A stretch of DNA of 64,000 nt from contig OY969474.1 in NCBI GenBank assembly GCA_963700145.1, positions 4,736,001 through 4,800,000 of the forward strand, written 5' to 3'. Positions 8,867-16,458 of this stretch are shown piece by piece; within the stretch, counting starts at the first letter, position 1, and the number at the start of each line of letters is the position of its first letter. The notes under the pieces are model-generated. The model saw only the letters and a list, made by a program, of their open reading frames with translations, had not been told where the DNA came from and did not search any database. A program made the position numbers and the translations under genes. The stretch comes from an uncultured Acidobacteriota bacterium (GTDB taxonomy: Bacteria > Acidobacteriota > Thermoanaerobaculia > Multivoradales > UBA5704).

Positions 8867-8900
8867 GTTATACGCAGGATCTTAATACGCTGCGTATAAC
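8867..8900. promoter_or_regulatory. Perfect 11-bp inverted repeat (GTTATACGCAG-N12-CTGCGTATAAC), operator-like
   Basis: AT-rich island upstream of the GSU2403 gene, straddling a minus-strand TAAGAT at 8879-8884. Confidence 0.65.
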
Positions 8901-9009
8901 AGATCGCCAACTGGCGACCCAAGCGAATGACTAGCGGCTAGTCGGCTCCCGCCAGTCTGCGTGTATCGTCGCCGGCGTGAAGGAGCTGCCCGAGCCGAGG
9001 AGGTGGAGC

Positions 9010-9492
9010 ATGGCGCAGCGGCGGGAGGCTTGCCTCGGGAGCGGGCTGTGCGTCGTCGCAGCCCTTGCGGTCCAGGGGTGTTCGATGGCGTCCATGGTTG
9101 GTGGCATGGAGTCGATGACGGGGCTGCAGCCGGCGCTGGAAGGCGAGATGGTGCTGCGCTGGGCCGGCGGCGAGGAGACGGTGCTGACACCCGAGATCTG
9201 CCTGTCAGGCGACCGCGCCAACTTCCGGGGCGTGGACCTCCTCGCACCGCCCTACGTGCTGCGGGTCGTCGCCGAGCCGCTCGAAGGTATGGGGGCCGCG
9301 GTCATCGACACCGAAAGCGAACGGCGCCTCGTCTTCCGCTCGTCCTCCTGCGCGGTCTTGCAGGGCGACGTCCAGCGCGGCGGCTGGCGGGTCAATGACA
9401 TCTGGGACGTAAGCGGCTACGTGGAAGTCGACTGCCGCCTGACGTCGGGAGAAGAGCTCGAGGGGAGGATCAGCTTTGCGCACTGCCACTGA
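9010..9492 (+). CDS. Hypothetical lipoprotein
   Basis: GGAG RBS, hydrophobic stretch ending in VQGC lipobox; C-terminal Cys pairs. Confidence 0.65.
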   Translation: MAQRREACLGSGLCVVAALAVQGCSMASMVGGMESMTGLQPALEGEMVLRWAGGEETVLTPEICLSGDRANFRGVDLLAPPYVLRVVAEPLEGMGAAVIDTESERRLVFRSSSCAVLQGDVQRGGWRVNDIWDVSGYVEVDCRLTSGEELEGRISFAHCH

Positions 9493-9611
9493 AGGGAGCT
9501 GAGCCCCGATCTACGCCAGGCGGCTAGCGGCGCCAAGTGCGCCCGGTAGACCACCCCCCGCCCCTTGGGCTACCATCGGGCCCAGCGTTTCCGTCCTTGC
9601 AAGGAGGCCCC

Positions 9612-10568
9612 TTGTCCAACAACCCCTTCACCGGTCTGCGCTGGATCTGGATGAACGGGCGGCTCGTCGAGTTCGAGAAGGCCACGGTGCACGTGCTGGC
9701 GCACGCGCTCCACTACGGCTCGGGCGTCTTCGAGGGGATCCGCTGCTACACGACACCCGACGGGCCGGCCGTCTTCCGCCTCCCCGAGCACCTGCAGCGC
9801 CTGGAGCGCTCGGCCAAGACCTACCGCATGCCGCTGCCCTACGGGCGCGAGGAGCTGACCGACGCGATCCTCGAGCTGATCACGGCCAACGAGCTCGACG
9901 CCTGCTACATCCGGCCGCTCTGCTTCCGCGGCTTCGGCCACATGGGGGTCAACCCGCTGCCGGCGCCGGTCGAGACGGTGGTCGCGGTCTGGAACTGGGG
10001 GAAGTACCTGGGCGAGGAGGGGCAGCGGCTGGGCGTCGACGTCTGCGTCTCCTCCTGGCGCCGCGGCAACCCGGGCACGATCCCGATGCTCGCCAAGGCG
10101 ACCGCCAACTACTACGCCGCGCAGCTCATCCGCATGGAGGCCGTGGTCAACGGCTACAGCGAGGGGATCTGCCTCGACGGGCAGGGCAACCTCTCCGAGG
10201 GCTCGGGCGAGAACGTCTTCGTGGTCCAGGACGGCGTCCTGATCACGCCGCCGCTCGCCGCCTCGATCCTGCCGGGCATCACCCGCGACACCGTCATGAC
10301 GCTGGCCGCCGAGATGGGCGTGCCGGTGCGCCAGGAGGTGGTGCCGCGCGGCGCGCTCTACACGGTGGACGAGATGTTCCTGACCGGCACCGCCGTCGAG
10401 ATCACGCCCGTGCGCTCGATCGACCGCATCCCGGTCGGCGGCGGCGAGGTGGGGCCGATCACCCGCCGCATCCAGAACGAGTTCTTCGCCGTCGTCACCG
10501 GTCAGGTCCCGGACCGGCACGGCTGGCTCACCCTCGTCCCGGCGCGCGTCGCGCAGGTGGCGTCCTAA
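9612..10568 (+). CDS. ilvE: Branched-chain amino acid transaminase
   Basis: HALHYGSGVFEGIR, EGSGENVF, ILPGITR, TGTAVEITPV; AAGGAGG before TTG. Confidence 0.95.
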   Translation: MSNNPFTGLRWIWMNGRLVEFEKATVHVLAHALHYGSGVFEGIRCYTTPDGPAVFRLPEHLQRLERSAKTYRMPLPYGREELTDAILELITANELDACYIRPLCFRGFGHMGVNPLPAPVETVVAVWNWGKYLGEEGQRLGVDVCVSSWRRGNPGTIPMLAKATANYYAAQLIRMEAVVNGYSEGICLDGQGNLSEGSGENVFVVQDGVLITPPLAASILPGITRDTVMTLAAEMGVPVRQEVVPRGALYTVDEMFLTGTAVEITPVRSIDRIPVGGGEVGPITRRIQNEFFAVVTGQVPDRHGWLTLVPARVAQVAS

Positions 10569-10624
10569 GCCCGAGGGCCGCCCCGCCGCAGCATGCAGCG
10601 ACCGCAGTCCGCAGGAGCACCCCC

Positions 10625-11797
10625 ATGAACATCAACGACCTGCTGAAGATCGCCGTCGAGCGCAAGGCCTCCGACCTGCACTTGAAGGTCGGCACCCATC
10701 CGGTCATCCGCGTGGACGGGGACCTGATCCCCCTGCCCGAGCTCAAGCGGATGATGCAGGAGGACACGATCGCGATGGCGTTCTCGATCATGAACGCGCG
10801 GCAGAAGCAGCGCTTCAAGGAGGAGTTCGAGATCGACATCGCCTACTCGGTGCCGGGGCTCGGGCGCTTCCGCTGCAACGTCTTCCAGCAGCGCGGCACG
10901 GTGGGGCTGGTCCTGCGCGTCATCCCGGCGCGCATCTTGACGCTGCGCGAGCTGATGCTGCCGCCGGTGCTCGAGCGGATCTCCGAGGAGCGGCGGGGGC
11001 TGGTGCTCTGCACCGGCACCACCGGCTCCGGCAAGTCGACGACGCTGGCCTCGATGGTCGACTTCATCAACAGCTCGCGCACCGAGCACGTGGTGACGAT
11101 CGAGGACCCGATCGAGTTCCTGCACCGCGACAAGCGGTCGCTGATCAACCAGCGCGAGATCGACGTCGACACCCGCACCTTCTCGGGCGCCTTGCGCTCG
11201 GCGCTGCGCCAGGACCCCGACGTCATCCTGGTCGGCGAGATGCGCGACTACGAGACGATCGAGACGGCGCTGCTCGCCGCCGAGACCGGGCACCTCGTCT
11301 TCTCGACGCTGCACACCCTCGACGCCACCGAGACGATCAACCGCATCATCTCGATCTTCCCGCCGCACCACCAGAAGCAGATCCGCATCCAGCTCGGGCA
11401 GGTGCTCAAGGCGGTCATCTCGATGCGTCTGGTGCCGCGCGCCGACGGCATCGGCCGCGTGCCGGCGGTGGAGGTGATGATCATCACCCCCTACATCCGC
11501 GAGTGCATCGAGAACAAGGAGAAGACCAAGTTCATCCGCGAGCAGATCGCGCTCGGCACCAGCCAGTACGGGATGCAGACCTTCGACCAGTCGCTCTTCA
11601 GCCTCTACAAGAGCGGGCTGATCACGCTCGACGAGGCGCTGCGCCGCGCCTCCAACCCCGACGAGTTCAAGCTCAAGGTGCAGGGCGTGCAGTTCACCGC
11701 CGACATCTCGCGCGAGCAGATGGAGGAGGCGATCCAGATGCCGCCGGAAGGGGAGTTCCTCCTCTCCGACGCGCAGTTCGAGATCGAGCAGGGTTGA
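10625..11797 (+). CDS. pilT: Type IV pilus retraction ATPase PilT/PilU family
   Basis: ASDLHL, GTTGSGKST, TIEDPIE, ALRQDPDVILVGEMRD, AETGHLVFSTLHT, GMQTFDQ. Confidence 0.93.
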   Translation: MNINDLLKIAVERKASDLHLKVGTHPVIRVDGDLIPLPELKRMMQEDTIAMAFSIMNARQKQRFKEEFEIDIAYSVPGLGRFRCNVFQQRGTVGLVLRVIPARILTLRELMLPPVLERISEERRGLVLCTGTTGSGKSTTLASMVDFINSSRTEHVVTIEDPIEFLHRDKRSLINQREIDVDTRTFSGALRSALRQDPDVILVGEMRDYETIETALLAAETGHLVFSTLHTLDATETINRIISIFPPHHQKQIRIQLGQVLKAVISMRLVPRADGIGRVPAVEVMIITPYIRECIENKEKTKFIREQIALGTSQYGMQTFDQSLFSLYKSGLITLDEALRRASNPDEFKLKVQGVQFTADISREQMEEAIQMPPEGEFLLSDAQFEIEQG

Positions 11798-11810
11798 CCC
11801 GCGCCAGCGG

Positions 11811-11848
11811 GTCATCCTGAGCGCAGCGAAGGATCTGGGCGGGGGCGG
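11811..11848. repeat. Solitary REP-like unit GTCATCCTGAGCGCAGCGAAGGATCTGGGCGGGGGCGG
   Basis: Closely matches the reverse complement of ~52367-52406 and the unit at ~60987-61026. Confidence 0.8.
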
Positions 11849-12297
11849 TGTCCGACTGCTACCAGAAGGCCGTCCAGCTGCTCGCCCTGCGGCCGCACTT
11901 CCGGCGCGAACTGCAGGTCAAGCTCGCGCGGCGCGGCTTCCCCGCTGAAGAGATCGAGGCCGCCCTCGACCGCCTCGCCGAGCACGGCTACCTCGACGAT
12001 CTGAAGGCCGCGCGCGGCTTCGCCGCCCAGCGCCTCGCCCGCGGCGAGGGGCGGATCAAGGTACGGGCCGAGCTGCTGCGGCGGGGCGCCGCGCCCGAGG
12101 CGGCGGAACAGGCGGTGGCCGAGGTCCTCCCCGAGGACGATCGCGCCGCGGCGCTCGCCGCCGCCGCCCGCTGGCGCGCGCGCGGCGGCGAGGACGAGCA
12201 GGCCCTCGCGCGCCACCTGCAGCGAAAGGGGTTCAGCCGCCGTGCTATCGTCGCCGCCCTGCGGCAAGAAGCCGGTCCCGACCCCGATTCCCCATGA
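11848..12297 (+). CDS. recX: Regulatory protein RecX
   Basis: LLALRPH..ELQVKL, GYLDD..A..F, ELLRRG, LQRKGF; upstream of alaS. Confidence 0.88.
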   Translation: MSDCYQKAVQLLALRPHFRRELQVKLARRGFPAEEIEAALDRLAEHGYLDDLKAARGFAAQRLARGEGRIKVRAELLRRGAAPEAAEQAVAEVLPEDDRAAALAAAARWRARGGEDEQALARHLQRKGFSRRAIVAALRQEAGPDPDSP

Positions 12298-14978
12298 AGA
12301 GCGCGGAGATTCGCAGCAGCTTCCTCGACTTTTTTGCGGCGCGCGGCCACCGCGTCCACCCGAGCGCGCCGCTCGTGCCGCACGGCGATCCGACGCTGCT
12401 CTTCACCAACGCCGGCATGGTGCCGTTCAAGAACGTCTTCCTCGGCACCGAGCCGCCGGCGAGCCCGCGCGCCGTCTCGGTGCAGAAGTGCCTGCGCGTC
12501 TCGGGCAAGCACAACGACCTCGAGAACGTCGGCCCCAGCCCGCGCCACCACACCTTCTTCGAGATGCTGGGGAACTTCTCCTTCGGCGATTACTTCAAGG
12601 AGGAGGCGATCCGCTCCGCGTGGGAGCTGGTGACTGAGGTCTGGAAGCTGCCGCCGGAGCGGCTGGCGGCCACGGTCTACGAGGAGGACGACGAGGCGCA
12701 CGCGCTCTGGCTGCGGCTGAGCGCGCTGCCCCCCGAGCGGGTGCGCCGCCGCGGCGCCGCCGACAACTTCTGGGCGATGGGGGAGACCGGCCCCTGCGGC
12801 CCGTGCAGCGAGATCTTCGTCGACCTCCAGTCGGAGCTGCCGCCGGTCGATTGGGACGAGGGGACGGAGAGCGGGCGCTACCTCGAGATCTGGAACCTGG
12901 TCTTCATGCAGTACGAGCGCGACGAGAGCGGCGCGCTGCAGCCGCTGCCGAAGCCTTCGATCGACACCGGCGCCGGGCTCGAGCGGGTCGCGGCGGTGCT
13001 CCAGGGGGTCGATTCGAACTACGACACCGATCTCTTCAAGCCGATCCTCGCGGCGGCGGCGGACCTCGCCGGCATCCCGTACGGGGCCGATCAAGAGAAG
13101 GACGTTTCGCTGCGGGTGATCGCCGACCACCTGCGGGCCGTGACCTTCCTATTGGCCGACGGGGTCATTCCAGGTAACGAGGGACGCGGTTACGTGCTGC
13201 GGCGTCTCCTGCGGCGAGCCGTGCGCCACGGTATGCGCTTGGGCCTCGAGGAGCCATTCCTTCACAAGCTGGTGCCGGTGGTAGGTCGGGTAATGGGGAG
13301 TGCCTATCCTGAGCTGGGAGCCACGCGCGAGGCCTCGACGGCGACGATTAGGGTGGAGGAGGAGAAGTTCCTCGGCACGCTGGCCACTGCGGCGCGGCAG
13401 GTGCAGGAAGAGATCGAGCGCGCCCGCCGAGCCGATGCCACAGTTCTTCCCGGAGAAGTGGTGTTCCGCCTCTACGATACTTACGGTCTACCCCTTGACG
13501 TCGTGCGCGAAATTGCAGAGGAGGAACGCTTCACCGTCGACGAAGAGGGGTTCAAGCGCGCCCTCCAGGTTCAGCGCGGGCGCTCGCGCGAGGCTACGAC
13601 AGCGGCACTTCGCCTAGAGGCGCTCAAGTGGTACGTGGGTGAGGAACCTCCACGCTTTGAATTGGTTGGATTTGTCGGCTACGACTCTCTCGAGATCAAT
13701 GGCGCCAAAGTGTGGGCGTGGGCTCGGCCCGGGGATGACCCACGGCCGATGCCCACGGACGCCGACGCTACGCTCGCGGCCGGCGAAACTGGGATCGTGG
13801 TTGTGGACGCCACGCCCTTCTACTCAGAAGCTGGGGGACAGGTAGGAGATCGCGGCCTGATCACGTGGGATGGGGGCCATGCCGAAGTTCTCAACACCTT
13901 CATGGGGCCGATGGGGAACCCTTACCACGAGGTCTTGGTACAGGCGGGCCAACTGAAGGTTGAAACGGTGGTCACGTTGTCAGTCGACAAATCCCTGCGG
14001 CGTTCGACGGAGCGGAACCACACCGCTACTCATCTTCTGCACGCGGCCTTGCGTCAAGTGCTCGGTGAAGTGGTCCGCCAGGCTGGTTCGCTGGTGGCAC
14101 CCGAGCGCCTGCGCTTCGACTTCACCTGGCCCGAGCCGCTTTCCAGGGATCAGCGCCGGCGCGTCGAGGACCTCGTCAACCAGTGGGTCCTCGGCGCCGT
14201 CCCGACCGCGATCTCCGAGCGCAGCTACCAGGAAGCCCTCGCCGCCGGCGCCATGGCCCTCTTCGGCGAGAAGTACGGCGACCGCGTGCGCACGGTCGAG
14301 GTCCCCGGCTTCAGCCTCGAGCTGTGCGGCGGCTGCCACGTCCGCAACACCGGCGAGATCGGCCCCTTCGTCATCCTCCACGAGCGGGGGATCGCCTCCG
14401 GCGTGCGGCGGATCGAGGCGCTGACCGGCGAGGGGGCCCTCGCCTGGCTGCGCGAGCGCGACAGCGGGCTCGCCGCCGTCGAGGCCCGGCTCGGCGTCGC
14501 CGGCGCGCGCGCCGAGGAGGAGGTGCGGGCCCTCCAGAAGCAGGTGAAGGACCGCGAGGCCGAGCTGGCGAAGCTCCGCCTCCAGCTCGTCGCCGGGGGT
14601 CCCGGGGCCGGGCCGGCGGAGGAGGGGACCGACGTCGAGGGGGTGCGCGTTCTGGCGCGGGAGGTGCCGCCGGCCCCTGCCAACGAGCTGCGCAACCTGG
14701 CCGACGCCCTGCGCTCGAAGCTGGGCTCCGGGGTGGTCGTCCTGGGGGCCCGCGACGACGGCAACGTCAGCCTGGTGGCGGCGGTCTCGAAGGACCTCGC
14801 CGGCCGGGTCCACGCCGGCAACCTCGTCAAGCTCGTCGCCGCCCTGGTCGGCGGCTCGGGCGGCGGCCGCCCCGACTTTGCTCAGGCCGGGGGCAAGTCC
14901 CCCGAGAAGCTCCCCGAGGCCCTGGCCGCCGTGCCGGGGGCGGTTCGGGACCAGCTCGCCGCCCCGCCCGCGAGGTAA
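12294..14978 (+). CDS. alaS: Alanine--tRNA ligase
   Basis: LLFTNAGM, HHTFFEMLGNFSFGDYFK, NHTATHLLH, ELCGGCH, GGGRPDFAQAGG. Confidence 0.98.
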   Translation: MKSAEIRSSFLDFFAARGHRVHPSAPLVPHGDPTLLFTNAGMVPFKNVFLGTEPPASPRAVSVQKCLRVSGKHNDLENVGPSPRHHTFFEMLGNFSFGDYFKEEAIRSAWELVTEVWKLPPERLAATVYEEDDEAHALWLRLSALPPERVRRRGAADNFWAMGETGPCGPCSEIFVDLQSELPPVDWDEGTESGRYLEIWNLVFMQYERDESGALQPLPKPSIDTGAGLERVAAVLQGVDSNYDTDLFKPILAAAADLAGIPYGADQEKDVSLRVIADHLRAVTFLLADGVIPGNEGRGYVLRRLLRRAVRHGMRLGLEEPFLHKLVPVVGRVMGSAYPELGATREASTATIRVEEEKFLGTLATAARQVQEEIERARRADATVLPGEVVFRLYDTYGLPLDVVREIAEEERFTVDEEGFKRALQVQRGRSREATTAALRLEALKWYVGEEPPRFELVGFVGYDSLEINGAKVWAWARPGDDPRPMPTDADATLAAGETGIVVVDATPFYSEAGGQVGDRGLITWDGGHAEVLNTFMGPMGNPYHEVLVQAGQLKVETVVTLSVDKSLRRSTERNHTATHLLHAALRQVLGEVVRQAGSLVAPERLRFDFTWPEPLSRDQRRRVEDLVNQWVLGAVPTAISERSYQEALAAGAMALFGEKYGDRVRTVEVPGFSLELCGGCHVRNTGEIGPFVILHERGIASGVRRIEALTGEGALAWLRERDSGLAAVEARLGVAGARAEEEVRALQKQVKDREAELAKLRLQLVAGGPGAGPAEEGTDVEGVRVLAREVPPAPANELRNLADALRSKLGSGVVVLGARDDGNVSLVAAVSKDLAGRVHAGNLVKLVAALVGGSGGGRPDFAQAGGKSPEKLPEALAAVPGAVRDQLAAPPAR

Positions 14979-15071
14979 GCCCCTGCCAAGCCGGGGGTTG
15001 ATCTCCCCGGGCGTCCCCCTCTAAGATCCGCGCCCAGCAGCTCACTTGGCAGTTCAACCAGGGACCCGCGG

Positions 15072-15728
15072 ATGCTCCGGAAGGCTCTCGCCTCGGTTTT
15101 CCTTCTGCTCCTCGTGCCGACGCTCGCGGCGGCCGAGGTCGGCCTGCGTCACGGCGCGGCCGGCCGCATGGTCATCTCGAACGAGGGCTCGGCGCCGGCG
15201 CGCCGCGTCGCGCCCGCCCGCCTCCGCGAGCCGGACCCCGAGCTGAACCTGGTCATCGACCAGCACTGCGGCAGCCAGGACCTCGAGCCCAAGCTGGTGC
15301 GCGCCCTGATCCAGGTCGAGTCGGCCTGGAACCCGGTGGCCGTCTCGCGCGCGGGGGCGATGGGCCTGATGCAGCTCATGCCGGACACCGCCGCCTCCCT
15401 CGACGTCGCCGACCCCTACGACCCCGACCAGAACGTGCGCGGCGGCACCGTCTTCCTGCGCCGCATGCTCGACCGCTTCGGCGGGCGGGTCGACCTGGCC
15501 CTCGCCGCCTACAACGCCGGCCCCGGGGCCGTCGAGCGCCACGGCGGCATCCCGCCCTACGCCGAGACCCGGAACTACGTGCAGCGCATCCTCGGCCTCT
15601 ACGCCGGCCCCGAGGTGGTGGCGGTCAAGGCGCCGTACGCCGGCGCCGCGCGCGGCGCGAAGACGGTGCTCGTCGTCGGCGCCGGCGAGCGCCCGCTCCT
15701 CACCACCGCCCGCCTCACACCGCGCTAA
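15072..15728 (+). CDS. Lytic transglycosylase (SLT domain)
   Basis: IQVES, AVSRAGAMGLMQLMP, ALAAYNAG, ETRNYV; signal peptide. Confidence 0.92.
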   Translation: MLRKALASVFLLLLVPTLAAAEVGLRHGAAGRMVISNEGSAPARRVAPARLREPDPELNLVIDQHCGSQDLEPKLVRALIQVESAWNPVAVSRAGAMGLMQLMPDTAASLDVADPYDPDQNVRGGTVFLRRMLDRFGGRVDLALAAYNAGPGAVERHGGIPPYAETRNYVQRILGLYAGPEVVAVKAPYAGAARGAKTVLVVGAGERPLLTTARLTPR

Positions 15729-15747
15729 AGCGCTTCGCCTGCTGGCA

Positions 15748-15753
15748 TACAAT
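15748..15753 (+). promoter_or_regulatory. Putative -10 hexamer TACAAT upstream of pgsA
   Basis: Near-consensus AT-rich hexamer in a GC-rich intergenic gap. Confidence 0.45.
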
Positions 15754-15807
15754 CGCCGGACGGCCCCGAGGCCTCCCGGGCCGGCCTCCGACCGACCACA
15801 GCCGCGC

Positions 15808-16458
15808 ATGCTCAACGTCCCCAATTTCCTCACCGTCTTCCGCATCCTGCTGGTGCCGATCCTGGTGGTCGTGCTGCTCACCAAGTTCGACGGCAAGGAG
15901 TTCGTCGGGCTCGGCCTCTTCCTCCTGGCCGCCGCGACCGACGTCCTCGACGGGGTCATCGCCCGGCGGCGCAAGCAGGTCACCCGCCTCGGCATGCTGC
16001 TCGACCCGGCGGCGGACAAGATCCTGACCTCGGCGGCCTTCATCTCGCTCGTCGAGATGGCCCCGACCGTCGTCCCGGCCTGGATGGTGGTGGTAATCGT
16101 GGCGCGCGAGTTCGCGGTCTCGGCCCTGCGCGCCTTCGCCGCGGCCGAGCACGTGATGATCCCGGCCGGGCTCTCCGGCAAGCTCAAGACGATCGTCCAG
16201 GTGATCGCGATCGCTCTCCTCATCATCTACAACCAGCTCGGCGAGTTCCGGCACCTGGCGCCGATCTCGCTCTGGGCCGCGGTCGCCATCACCCTCTACT
16301 CCGGCCTCGAGTACTTCGCCCGCTTCTGGCGCCTGGTGCTGCGCGCGCAGGAGCCGCGGCGACCGGCGCCGGAGCCGGAGAGCGCCGTCTGCACCGTGCC
16401 GCCTCCGCCCGAGCCCCGGCCGCTCGCCGCCGCCGGCCGTTCCTCCGGGGAACGGTAG
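15808..16458 (+). CDS. pgsA: CDP-diacylglycerol--glycerol-3-phosphate 3-phosphatidyltransferase
   Basis: NVPNFLT..R, TDVLDG.IARRR.QVT.LG.LLDP.ADK, GKLKT..Q. Confidence 0.9.
   Translation: MLNVPNFLTVFRILLVPILVVVLLTKFDGKEFVGLGLFLLAAATDVLDGVIARRRKQVTRLGMLLDPAADKILTSAAFISLVEMAPTVVPAWMVVVIVAREFAVSALRAFAAAEHVMIPAGLSGKLKTIVQVIAIALLIIYNQLGEFRHLAPISLWAAVAITLYSGLEYFARFWRLVLRAQEPRRPAPEPESAVCTVPPPPEPRPLAAAGRSSGER

Noticed and set aside
13090-14150. Intein or intron in alaS
   Set aside because: Protein length is normal, the frame is continuous and AlaRS motifs run through the segment; no splicing motifs
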